Below are positions 37,898 to 47,396 of a stretch of DNA of 64,000 nucleotides, piece by piece. Both the position numbers and the translations under genes were made by a program. Under the pieces are notes generated by a model that was not told where the DNA came from, searched no databases, and saw nothing but the letters and a program-made list of their open reading frames with translations. The stretch is from positions 32,001-96,000 of IMG/VR virus record IMGVR_UViG_3300042907_001596. One strand, 5' to 3'. The number at the start of each line of letters is the position of its first letter. Position 1 is the stretch's first letter. The stretch comes from a virus.

Positions 37898-40800
37898 GTG
37901 GTGATCAGACGGATCCAACGGCAGGCTGAGGCGTTCGCCTACCGGCTGGCTTTCCTGCCGTCGCACACCGACAGTGACGCGCCCTTCTGGCTCCAAACCA
38001 CGGAGATTCCTTCCCTCAACGAGTTCGACCACCCGGCGGTCAAGGAGTTCCAAGAGTTTTTAGATGCCGGTCTGGTGCCCCCCGACCCGAAGGAAGCCGT
38101 CGCGGAGTATCTGAACCATCTGCGCCCCGACAACCGAATCCACTACAACCTGCTGCGCAGATACGTCGGGGAGCCGGAACTGGACTCCTACCCGTACACG
38201 ATGACGCGGCCCCCCGCCCCCACTCTGCCCCACGAGCCGTACGCGGAAGTCACCTACCCTCAAGGGTACGAACTCGACTACGACGACCCCGAGCCTGGCG
38301 CTCACTACGCTGGGAGCCGCCACCCTTTTGACCGTGCGCTCGCCGCCGCCCGCTTCACCTTGGCGATGGCCGATACGACGATGTGGCACCCACGCATTGA
38401 GCAGGATCATCGGGACGGCCACGCCGGATGGCACGAAGGCACCTACCGCATCAAAGGGGACGACGGCAAAACCATCGGGGCTATGCAGTACAGCATGGTG
38501 CCCGAAATCGAACACCGGCCCGTCGACCGCCGCCCGCCGAAGAGCATCATCATCGACAAGGTGTTCGTCCACCCGCAGCATCGCGGGAAAGGCATCGCCC
38601 AGTCGTTCGTAGAGCGGTTACACAACGACTTCCCCGACTACAAGATCGACCCCGGCGCGACCACCACCCACGGCAACGGCTTCGCGGAGCATCTGCGCAA
38701 GATCCTCCCCGACGCGGAGCATGCACTGATTCCCGACTACACCCCGAACGTCATGGACGACCGGGCTTCGGACTTCTACGACCGCACCCAGCGCGGCTAT
38801 TACCGGGCTTATTCCGGCGACGAAGACAACGAAGAAATGGAGGAGCTAGAGGCCAACACCGCCCCCGAAGACGACATCGAAGACGACTACGACGCTCCGG
38901 CGCGGGAGATCACTCCCCCCGAAACCGAAGATCAGCTTCTTCAGCGCCTGCGCAACCAGTGGCCCGACGGGGTGATCCAGCATGCCGCCAGCGTTTTGCG
39001 CTACGCCGCCGCCCTCGTGGTGGATCCGCCCACCTTGGAGTGCAACCACCGCACGCCCTGCGCCCCCGGCACCTGCCCGCAGCGCGACATCGCCGCCGAC
39101 CCCGACTTCTACGCCGAGTTCCCCGACCCGGCCGACAAAGAGCGCGAGTTCCAAGACCTCTACCGGCTCCAGTACGAAGACGACGCCGCCGACGCCCGCG
39201 CCACCAACCGGCCCTCAGCGGTGGAGAAAGCGGAGATCCTGCCGCCCGCCCAGCCCGCCCGCGACATCCTCACCGAGTTCGTCAAAGAGCGCGGCCGACG
39301 TAATCGCCGCCCGATCGTCATCACCTGCCCCGACTGCAAGGGGCACCGCTACGAGACGATCCAGCCGGGACAATTGCGGGCTGACGATTGCCGAACCTGC
39401 AAAGGTGAGGGCAGTTTCGTCAAGCCTAGCGTGGAAGAAAAGCTGCGCCCTTGGGCGGAGCGCCTGGAGAACGCCCTTTACAACGAGTTCATGGAGTGGT
39501 GGCCGCAATCGGAAGCCTCGCGGATCCGCAAGCCCGAAGGGTCTGGCACCAAGTGGGAAGACCGCCCCAAAGAGCCGGTCACGCACTGGCTGAACGTGGA
39601 GGACTTCCTCAAGGAGCGGTATCCCGACGCCGCTACGGGGGCGAACTACGGCGGCGAAGAAGCACAGAACCTGCTGGAGCGGGCCATCCAAGAAAGGCCC
39701 GACCCGAAGTGGCTGGAGGAGCGCGGCTACGTCGGTTACGGAAACCCCGTCACCCAAGCCATGCTGACGTTGCACAACCGGTTCAATCTACGTCCTTGGC
39801 GCAACAAAGAGGATCGCCGCCGGTATTACGAACTGATGCTGCGCCACGTCGGGCCGGGAGCCGCCCAGCGGCAAAAGGTGGCAGCGTCAAGTGAGCATTA
39901 CGAACCGATGGACGACGACTTTCTGGACGGTCTGCGAAAGCAATTTGACGAGTGGGCGGCAACCAGCCCCGACGTTGTCAATCCCGATCCCGACGGTCAG
40001 CCTCGCGGCCCGGTCGGTCATTGGCCGAATATCGAAAAGTTCTTCCAAGAGAAATACCCGGCAGCCTATAAAGGCTTGAGCCGTGGCTTGGAGAGTGCCG
40101 TCCCCGCTTTGGACAGTGACGCCGGAGATTACTGCCCACACTGCACCGGCGAGGGGTACTTGCTAAACGAGAACCCGCACCCCGCTGACCTTCCGAGAAA
40201 ATGCCTCAGTTGTAGCGGCACCGGGAAGATCAACGACGATCTGGTGTACGAAACCGGCCCCGACGCCGAAGCCAAGTATGGCTACGACCCGAAGGCTGTC
40301 GCCGCCGGTCTGCTGTATCTGCATAGCGAGTCCCATCCGTATCGGTTCCACATGCGGCAAGAAGACCACAACCGGCTCACCGACATCTTCCAGAAACGCA
40401 TGAAGATGCAACGCCAGTACGAGCAGCGCACCGCCGCCCCGAACCGCACCGAGCCGCTGTCTTCCTCGCCGGACACCGACAGCATCATTTACGGCCTCAG
40501 CAGCGAGTTCGATGAGTGGGCGAAAGCGAACAACAAAGGCAACCCGTACGACCACCGCGTCCTCACCACGCCGAGGGATCTGGTACCCAAGAACTGGAAG
40601 CCTCGCGGCCCGGTGGGCTACTGGCCCAACATCGAAGAGTTTATGAAGGAAAGGTATCCGGCCGCGCACCGTGGGTTGTCAATGGGCTTTGAGGACGCCG
40701 ACCCGCTGCTGGATAGCGGTGGGAAGCACGAGGACGGCACCGACCTGGAGTGGCTCGTCGGCAAGGATCCGTACGAGACGGGGCCGGAGGCTGTCGCTAA

Positions 40801-41962
40801 ACACGGCTACGACCCGCGTGAGATCGCGGCCACCCTGCTGCTGTTGCACAACGACACCCACCCCGGCCGGGAGAATTACCTCAAGAGCGACCAGGCCCGT
40901 CTGCTCGACATCGCCCAGAAGCGACACCAGATGCAGCAGGCGTATGAGGAGAAGCAGAAGGTCGCTGCCTTTCCCTACACCCCTGTGAGGGGCCGTCAAA
41001 ACTTCAGTCACCCGCTGGTCGACACGATCGGCAAAGAGTTCGATGACTGGGCCACCGCTAACGGTGCGGAAAACCCCAACGATCACCCTGACTCCCTAGG
41101 ATATTGGGGCAAGCCTCGCGGGGCCATCGGCTATTGGCCCAACGTCGAAGAGTTCCTAGAAGAGAACTACCCCGAAGCCCACCGGGGCTTGGAGATGGGC
41201 CTGGAGGGGGCCGGATCCCTGCGGGACTACGGTGCGCCGTCCGGCATGGTGCTGGCCCCCGATGACTATGAGCCGCCCGAAGATCTCATGGACTACGCGC
41301 CCTACCCTCCCGAATACGCCGAATACGAGACGGGCGCGTGGGCCGAAGCCCAACACGGCTACGACCCCAAAGAGGTCGTGACGGCACTGCTGCTGCTGCA
41401 CAATCAGACCCACCCGCACCGGTGGGAGCAAGTCAACGCCGACCAAGACGTGCTGATGGACATCGCGCAGAAACGCCACAAAATGCAGAAGGCGTACGAC
41501 GAGCGCATGAAGACCGCCGCCCAACGCACTTGGCACCAACACCTCGCCTCCATCAACCGGCTGGGTGCCGAACTGTCCGACGCCGACGCCGCCATGCTCT
41601 ACGACCACATGCAGAAGCTGTTCCAGCCCATCAAGCCCTCCGGCAAGTGGTACCACGTCTCCCCGCACGCGCTGGCCGACGGCACCGACCTGATCCCCGG
41701 CGGCGGAGACTCCCCCTCCCAATCCTTCTACGACGACGGCTGGGGTGAGGACACCGGCACCCTCACCGACATGGGCCAGGGACGCACCGGCCATGTGTGG
41801 TTGACGCCGGATTTGGACGACGCCCACTTCTGGTCGGCAGCCCTGAGCGCCCCGCACATCTACGAAGTGGATCCGCACGAGGATCCCCGGCCGTGGAACG
41901 GCACCGGTGCCGACGGCTGGGTCGTCCCCGGCGCGAAGATCCGCCGCAAGGTCATCGAATGA
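37898..41962 (+). CDS. large polyvalent protein B (GNAT, Zn fingers, 4 novel repeat domains, Arr-like ART)
   Basis: N-tag RRIQRQAEAFAYRLA; VHPQHRGKGIA; WYHVS..VWLT..IYEVDP. Confidence 0.85.
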   Translation: MVIRRIQRQAEAFAYRLAFLPSHTDSDAPFWLQTTEIPSLNEFDHPAVKEFQEFLDAGLVPPDPKEAVAEYLNHLRPDNRIHYNLLRRYVGEPELDSYPYTMTRPPAPTLPHEPYAEVTYPQGYELDYDDPEPGAHYAGSRHPFDRALAAARFTLAMADTTMWHPRIEQDHRDGHAGWHEGTYRIKGDDGKTIGAMQYSMVPEIEHRPVDRRPPKSIIIDKVFVHPQHRGKGIAQSFVERLHNDFPDYKIDPGATTTHGNGFAEHLRKILPDAEHALIPDYTPNVMDDRASDFYDRTQRGYYRAYSGDEDNEEMEELEANTAPEDDIEDDYDAPAREITPPETEDQLLQRLRNQWPDGVIQHAASVLRYAAALVVDPPTLECNHRTPCAPGTCPQRDIAADPDFYAEFPDPADKEREFQDLYRLQYEDDAADARATNRPSAVEKAEILPPAQPARDILTEFVKERGRRNRRPIVITCPDCKGHRYETIQPGQLRADDCRTCKGEGSFVKPSVEEKLRPWAERLENALYNEFMEWWPQSEASRIRKPEGSGTKWEDRPKEPVTHWLNVEDFLKERYPDAATGANYGGEEAQNLLERAIQERPDPKWLEERGYVGYGNPVTQAMLTLHNRFNLRPWRNKEDRRRYYELMLRHVGPGAAQRQKVAASSEHYEPMDDDFLDGLRKQFDEWAATSPDVVNPDPDGQPRGPVGHWPNIEKFFQEKYPAAYKGLSRGLESAVPALDSDAGDYCPHCTGEGYLLNENPHPADLPRKCLSCSGTGKINDDLVYETGPDAEAKYGYDPKAVAAGLLYLHSESHPYRFHMRQEDHNRLTDIFQKRMKMQRQYEQRTAAPNRTEPLSSSPDTDSIIYGLSSEFDEWAKANNKGNPYDHRVLTTPRDLVPKNWKPRGPVGYWPNIEEFMKERYPAAHRGLSMGFEDADPLLDSGGKHEDGTDLEWLVGKDPYETGPEAVAKHGYDPREIAATLLLLHNDTHPGRENYLKSDQARLLDIAQKRHQMQQAYEEKQKVAAFPYTPVRGRQNFSHPLVDTIGKEFDDWATANGAENPNDHPDSLGYWGKPRGAIGYWPNVEEFLEENYPEAHRGLEMGLEGAGSLRDYGAPSGMVLAPDDYEPPEDLMDYAPYPPEYAEYETGAWAEAQHGYDPKEVVTALLLLHNQTHPHRWEQVNADQDVLMDIAQKRHKMQKAYDERMKTAAQRTWHQHLASINRLGAELSDADAAMLYDHMQKLFQPIKPSGKWYHVSPHALADGTDLIPGGGDSPSQSFYDDGWGEDTGTLTDMGQGRTGHVWLTPDLDDAHFWSAALSAPHIYEVDPHEDPRPWNGTGADGWVVPGAKIRRKVIE

Positions 41963-44900
41963 GGCCCATCCTCCGCCAGCGCGACACCTTCGCGTATCGC
42001 ATTGCCGCGCCGGTCAACCAGAACGTCGTCACCCGACTGAATGACGAGTTCCACCAATGGTGGAAGGACAGCGGCTACACCTGGGATCCGTACGAGCGTG
42101 GTACGGCGAGTGAGGACTACGAGCGCGGCCCGATGGGGGACTGGCCGACCATTGAGGAGTTCCTTGAGGAACGCTATCCCGCCGCCCACCGTGGACTGAT
42201 GATGGGGCAAGAGATCGCCCGCCCCCTCCTCGACGGTGTCGGGCGGGACGAGGAAGCCTTGGGACGATGGGACTCTAATCCGCAGACTCAGCGCAACTTC
42301 AACATGCTCCAGGTGACCCACGGCGACAACGTCCCGCCGTACGAGACGGGGCCGGAAGCGCAAGCCCAGCACGGCTACGACCCCCGCGAGGTGGCGGCAG
42401 CTTTCCTGCTGCTGCACAACAAGACGCACCCGCTGCGCGGCTATCGGGCCGGGGAAGACCAAGCCCGCCTGGACGAGATCGCCCAGGCCCGCAACGCCGA
42501 GTTCGACAACGCCGACATCGACGTGCTGCACGACATCGCGCAAAAGCGGACGAAGATGCAACGCGCCGCCATGCCAGCCGAAGACGCCTACGACAACGCC
42601 TACAAGAGCCAGGGGCACGTTCCACGACCTGTTTCGGTTCAGGGGCCGTGGTATCACGGCACCAGGGAGGATCTGCCGGACGGCACCATCCTTGTTCCTA
42701 GCCCAGACAAAAGCCTGTGGAGGTACTTCGATCGGCCAGGAAAAGAAAACCGTGCCGACTGGGTCTGGATGGACACCGACGCCCACATCGCTAAACAGTT
42801 CAGTAAAGGCGGTCACGTCTATGAGGTAGAGCCGCTGGACGAAGGGCCGTGGGAGTGGAACGGCGGCATGTTACCCGCTGGTTACGCTTCGCCTCGCGCA
42901 CGGATCATCCGAAAAGTGCATACCTATGTGCCGCAGTTGCAGGCCGACGAAGATGGTCAGTTCGGGTGGAAGCGCATCGCCATGCCCGCCCCGGCCCCCA
43001 AGGGTCTGCGCTTTGAGTATGACCCCAACTTCATCCACCCTCACGCCGACTACCTAGGCCGAGTCCAGGCTTACGTCGATGACCATCCGGTCGGCCACCT
43101 GGAGTGGCTGAAAGAAGGCAACCCCCTCAGCATGGTCACCGACCGCAAGCCCGGTGAGGTCAGCTTCATCTACGTCCACCCTAATTACCGCCGCCAGTCC
43201 ATCGCCAGCGAGATGTTCGACTGGGCTAAGGAGAACGCCGCGCCGGATTTGCACCACTCGCAGCGCCGTACGGACTTGGGTGACAAATGGGTCGGCTACG
43301 AGCAGCAGCGTGTCGCCGCCGTAGCCGACGACACCATCGACCGCCTGCGCGGAGAGTTCCACGACTGGTGGAACACCGACGGAACTTCCCCGAAAAAGGG
43401 TCAACCCCTTTGGACTCCCGTCTCCTCCAGAGAAGCCATGGGCTACTGGGGAAATATGGAGCGGTTCCTGTCGGCCCGGTATCCGGCGGCGTCCCGCGAC
43501 AGCCTGTATATGGGCATGGAGCAGGTGGAGCCGCTGCTGCATCAGCGCGACGGCCAGTGGGGTGGTGTGCCCCGCAATGCTGACCCTTACGAGACGGGCC
43601 GGAAGGCTGTCGAAAAGCACGGCTACGACCCGGCGGAGATCGCCGCCGGGATGCTGTATCTCCACAATGATGGTCGTCCCGGCCGGGAGCAATTCCAGCA
43701 CGTCAACCGCAACCTCATCTTAAAGATCATCCGCAACCGGCGCAAAATGCAGAAGGAATACGACAGCAAGCCCCGCCAGCTTGAGCTTCCATTGGACGAC
43801 ACCCTCGACAAGGCTGCCGCCGTCTTAGACTTCGCCTCCCGGCTGGCTATGCCCGCCGAAGACGCCTACGACGGCAACTGGAAGAACCGCAAGACCAGCC
43901 CGCCGGTCGTCGGGCCGTTCTACCACTCATCCGATCACGACCTACCGGACGGCACCATCCTCCTCCCCAACCAGGGGGAGTCGAAGTTCACCGACGACTA
44001 CGAGCGGCGTCCCGGCTGGAAAGAGCGCACCAAGTGGGTGTGGATGGAGCTTGACCCCTCCGGCGGGTGGGGTGAGCACACCTACGAGGTAGAGCCGATG
44101 GATGAAGGGCCGTGGCCGTGGAATGGTGACGGTCGGGCTAACGGCTACACCTCTCCTCGCGCCCGCATCATCCGCAAGATGACGCCCGAAGATCAGCAAG
44201 AACTGATGGACGCTTTTGTCGACCGGATGCACGAAGAGAATCGTCAACGAAGTCAAAACAGACCACGGCAAGTTCGCCTCTACACCCGCACCGCCATGCC
44301 CGCCCCTCTACCGGAGGGCATCACCTTCCACTATCACCCCGACGACAGCACCATTCCGGCGGAACACTACGACGACTTTTATGCACCTGCGATTGAGGCC
44401 CGCCACCACGGCAACTACGTCGGGCACCTGAGTTGGACTGACGGCAGCCCCGAAGACGGTGGCAGGCCGGTGGGCGAAATCAACGGCATTATGGTCAAGC
44501 CCGAATATCGACGCCACAGTGTGGCGACGGCGATGTTCGATTACGTCCGGCAACAGCACGAGCCTGCGATCCACCATTCGGGATTCCTAAGCGCAGATGG
44601 CCGATCGTGGCGTGACTATGAAGAATCTCGCCATAAGACGGCGATGCCCGCCCCTCTGCCGGACGATGTCACCTTCAAGTACCACCACACCAACGACTCC
44701 ATCCCCGAGGGATACAACGGCGTCAACCAAGGCGGATCCCACACCTTCCTCGCCCCCGCCGTCGCCGCGTATAAAAACGACAAGCCGGTCGCGTACGTCG
44801 AATGGTGGCCGACCGACAAGTACCCCAACGCCGCCAAGCACTACCGCTTCATGGACAAAGGCAAGCCGGGGGAGGTGTACTACATCTACGTCCACCCCAA

Positions 44901-45891
44901 CCATCGCCGCAACTCCATCGCCAGCGAGATGTTCCGGTGGGCGAAAGACAACGTCGAACCGGATCTGCACCACTCCCCGAAGAAGAGCGAGCTAGGCACG
45001 AAGTGGGTGAGCTACGAGGAGTCCACGCCGGAGCTTGCCCGCGCCGCCGCCGTGATCCGCTACGCCCAGCAGGTGGTGGCGATGCCGCTCAATCACATCC
45101 CGCCGATGAACCACTTCGATGACCGGCTGTTCAAGAAGCAACTGGACAACCTGCACTACTACGGCGACGAGATCACCGGGAAGCCGGATCGTGCCAATCT
45201 CATTCGCAGCCAGGGCGGCAGCACCATCAACACCGCCGGGGAGCATGCAGTCTTCGTGTCGTTTATCCACCACGACGAGAACGGTGCCCCCACCGGGATC
45301 CTGCACTACTTCCCGACCGGCAGCCGGTCGGCTAAGGAAAAGCCCGGTGGGATTCAGGTGCTGGTGCATCCCGCCCACCAAGGCAAGGGTATCGGCTCCA
45401 AGCTCCTCGACGCCGCAATGGCGGAGTACGGCCCCGAAGCGGAAGGATTCGGTGACTACGTCCCCATCGACCTGGACAACCAGAATGTCACCCCCGGCGG
45501 CAACGCACTGATCCAGCGGTACCTCAAGCGCACCGCGATGCCCGCTGTCGACGCCTACGACAGCAACATCCCCCGCAAGAAGCGCATCAGCGATCCATAC
45601 ATCCCTAACGGGCCGTGGTATCACGGCACCGACCATGACCTTCCAGAGGGAACCGTTCTGACTCCCGGCGGTGGACACTCCAGGTACACCGACACCCTCT
45701 ACAAGCGGTGGCCGCACAAGAATCGGGCGAAATGGGTGTGGTTAGCCCCCAGTCCCGACCTCGCCAAGCGGTGGGGGGAGCACATCTACGAGGTGGAGCC
45801 GGAAGTCGAAGGCCCGTTCCCTTGGAATGGGGACGGCGATATGTTCACCGAGTTCGCCACCCCTCGTGCTCGCATTGTGCGCAAGCTCTGA
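41959..45891 (+). CDS. large polyvalent protein C (2 novel repeat domains, 3 Arr-like ART, 4 GNAT)
   Basis: ATGA overlap with B; N-tag RPILRQRDTFAYRIA; GPWYHGT..YEVEP; VHPxxR motifs. Confidence 0.85.
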   Translation: MRPILRQRDTFAYRIAAPVNQNVVTRLNDEFHQWWKDSGYTWDPYERGTASEDYERGPMGDWPTIEEFLEERYPAAHRGLMMGQEIARPLLDGVGRDEEALGRWDSNPQTQRNFNMLQVTHGDNVPPYETGPEAQAQHGYDPREVAAAFLLLHNKTHPLRGYRAGEDQARLDEIAQARNAEFDNADIDVLHDIAQKRTKMQRAAMPAEDAYDNAYKSQGHVPRPVSVQGPWYHGTREDLPDGTILVPSPDKSLWRYFDRPGKENRADWVWMDTDAHIAKQFSKGGHVYEVEPLDEGPWEWNGGMLPAGYASPRARIIRKVHTYVPQLQADEDGQFGWKRIAMPAPAPKGLRFEYDPNFIHPHADYLGRVQAYVDDHPVGHLEWLKEGNPLSMVTDRKPGEVSFIYVHPNYRRQSIASEMFDWAKENAAPDLHHSQRRTDLGDKWVGYEQQRVAAVADDTIDRLRGEFHDWWNTDGTSPKKGQPLWTPVSSREAMGYWGNMERFLSARYPAASRDSLYMGMEQVEPLLHQRDGQWGGVPRNADPYETGRKAVEKHGYDPAEIAAGMLYLHNDGRPGREQFQHVNRNLILKIIRNRRKMQKEYDSKPRQLELPLDDTLDKAAAVLDFASRLAMPAEDAYDGNWKNRKTSPPVVGPFYHSSDHDLPDGTILLPNQGESKFTDDYERRPGWKERTKWVWMELDPSGGWGEHTYEVEPMDEGPWPWNGDGRANGYTSPRARIIRKMTPEDQQELMDAFVDRMHEENRQRSQNRPRQVRLYTRTAMPAPLPEGITFHYHPDDSTIPAEHYDDFYAPAIEARHHGNYVGHLSWTDGSPEDGGRPVGEINGIMVKPEYRRHSVATAMFDYVRQQHEPAIHHSGFLSADGRSWRDYEESRHKTAMPAPLPDDVTFKYHHTNDSIPEGYNGVNQGGSHTFLAPAVAAYKNDKPVAYVEWWPTDKYPNAAKHYRFMDKGKPGEVYYIYVHPNHRRNSIASEMFRWAKDNVEPDLHHSPKKSELGTKWVSYEESTPELARAAAVIRYAQQVVAMPLNHIPPMNHFDDRLFKKQLDNLHYYGDEITGKPDRANLIRSQGGSTINTAGEHAVFVSFIHHDENGAPTGILHYFPTGSRSAKEKPGGIQVLVHPAHQGKGIGSKLLDAAMAEYGPEAEGFGDYVPIDLDNQNVTPGGNALIQRYLKRTAMPAVDAYDSNIPRKKRISDPYIPNGPWYHGTDHDLPEGTVLTPGGGHSRYTDTLYKRWPHKNRAKWVWLAPSPDLAKRWGEHIYEVEPEVEGPFPWNGDGDMFTEFATPRARIVRKL

Positions 45892-45892
45892 C

Positions 45893-45918
45893 GGAATAGT
45901 CACTCCCTCCTCCGCGTT
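45893..45918 (+). promoter_or_regulatory. ECF-type promoter (copy 9)
   Basis: GGAAT-N17-CGTT. Confidence 0.75.
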
Positions 45919-45941
45919 GTACTAGATGGAGGAGGTGCCCC

Positions 45942-46385
45942 ATGACCCGGCGCAAAGCTGTCATCGTAGACGTAGACGGCACCCTCGCGGACGTGCGCGG
46001 GATCCGCCACCACGTCACCACCAAGCCCAAAGACTTCGACGCTTTCCACGCCGCCTCCGCTGATGTTCCCCCGAACCAGCAGGCGATCGACTTCGTGCAG
46101 CGCCACCACGACGCCGGACACGTCATCGTGGTCGTCACCGCCCGCCGCCAGCAGTGGTTGGGCGTGACGCAAGCGTGGCTCGACCAGCATGTGCCGGTGC
46201 CCTTCGACGGCCCCTTCCACCGGGCCGACGACGACTTCCGGCCCGACGTGCAGGTGAAGCGGGACATCCACCGCTACCTCGCCCGCCACTTCGACATCCG
46301 TGGTGCGATAGACGACAACCCCAACGTCATCGCGTTGTGGGACAGCATCGGCATCCCGGTGGAGGTCGTGCCGGGGTGGGAATAG
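45942..46385 (+). CDS. HAD-family phosphatase (PNKP phosphatase-domain-like)
   Basis: DVDGTL, VTAR, R..DD.RPD..VK, IDDN. Confidence 0.85.
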   Translation: MTRRKAVIVDVDGTLADVRGIRHHVTTKPKDFDAFHAASADVPPNQQAIDFVQRHHDAGHVIVVVTARRQQWLGVTQAWLDQHVPVPFDGPFHRADDDFRPDVQVKRDIHRYLARHFDIRGAIDDNPNVIALWDSIGIPVEVVPGWE

Positions 46386-46404
46386 CCCCCTGCGGTTTCG
46401 CGTT
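46379..46404 (+). promoter_or_regulatory. ECF-type promoter (copy 10)
   Basis: GGAAT-N17-CGTT. Confidence 0.75.
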
Positions 46405-46430
46405 GTAATAAGTGGAGGGAAAGGAGCGAA

Positions 46431-46583
46431 ATGGCCAAGATGCTGGCTCACGCCCAACACATCCGCCAGGGCTACGAAACCTGCGGGTGCGGGCGACCCC
46501 AATGCCGAAAAAAGCGCATAGACGATCGGCGCACTCAGCGCCGGGTGGAAAAAGCCGCGTGGCGGAAAGAGGTAGCGCAATGA
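46431..46583 (+). CDS. small basic protein
   Basis: AAGGAG RBS; CGCG..C; ATGA overlap. Confidence 0.6.
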   Translation: MAKMLAHAQHIRQGYETCGCGRPQCRKKRIDDRRTQRRVEKAAWRKEVAQ

Positions 46584-46993
46584 GAGACTTCATCCCCTTC
46601 AAGGGCCGCAAGCTCGTCCAGGGCGCACCCCACAAGGTGTACTGGAACCTGCACAAAGACGTGTGGTCGCTGGTGGCCCAGGACGGCCCCGACAAAGGCC
46701 GCGTGGTCGGCCACGTCCCCCAACTGGGGCTGCACGACGTGAAGTTCGTCGTGTCCCAAGCCGGACGGGCGCGGGTGATCCGCGAGGAGAAGAAGAACGT
46801 CCACGCCTTCGCCGTCGGCATCCCGGTCAGCCCCTGGCAGATCCATTCGCTGGCTGCTGGCCCGCTGCGGCAACTGAGCTACAACCCCTACAAGGCGGGC
46901 CACTTCGTGGTGCGCGACACCGGCGCGAAGATCGACGCCGCCGGACTGGTGGTGTTCAACGACGCCGGGAAAGCCTTCGCGGACGCGGAATAA
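46580..46993 (+). CDS. phage hypothetical protein (VYxNLH...KNVHAF type)
   Basis: VYWNLHK, SQAGRARV.REEKKNVHAF. Confidence 0.7.
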   Translation: MRDFIPFKGRKLVQGAPHKVYWNLHKDVWSLVAQDGPDKGRVVGHVPQLGLHDVKFVVSQAGRARVIREEKKNVHAFAVGIPVSPWQIHSLAAGPLRQLSYNPYKAGHFVVRDTGAKIDAAGLVVFNDAGKAFADAE

Positions 46994-47012
46994 TCCCGAC
47001 CACCCTGGCGTT
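46987..47012 (+). promoter_or_regulatory. ECF-type promoter (copy 11), upstream of ncRNA
   Basis: GGAAT-N17-CGTT. Confidence 0.75.
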
Positions 47013-47051
47013 ACATCTAGTGGAGGGGCCAGGAAACTTCCCCCCGGTGAT

Positions 47052-47396
47052 GTTTGAGAACTGAAGAGAGATTCCAGACCTGCGAGGTACCTTGCAAGTA
47101 ACTCAGAAGCGGCGCTGACGGTTAACGACCACGACTCTGATGCAGCAACATCAGCACCTGCCCAGGACAGACACCTTTGGTGGTGCGTCCCCTGGAGAGC
47201 GATCCCTGAACGAACGCCGAGCCTCTTGAGTGAGGGAGTCACCCGCGAGGGTGGCACGGAGAGCGAAATCTGCCGAGAGAGAAGCAGGAGAACGACGGAG
47301 GCACAAAGTAGTCGAGAGTAGCCGGGGCGTGGCCACAATCCGGTGAGGGTAGACCAAATGAGAACGTCGGCTGGAATCTCCCTTCAGTTCTTGAAC
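47052..47396 (+). ncRNA. putative ~345-nt structured ncRNA, family unknown
   Basis: 26-bp closing stem with 2 G-U and 1 mismatch; several internal hairpins; own promoter; no credible ORF. Confidence 0.7.

Noticed and set aside
41797-41958. Upstream extension of polyprotein C given in the ORF track
   Set aside because: It overlaps protein B; ATG 41959 gives an ATGA overlap and puts the shared tag at the N-terminus.
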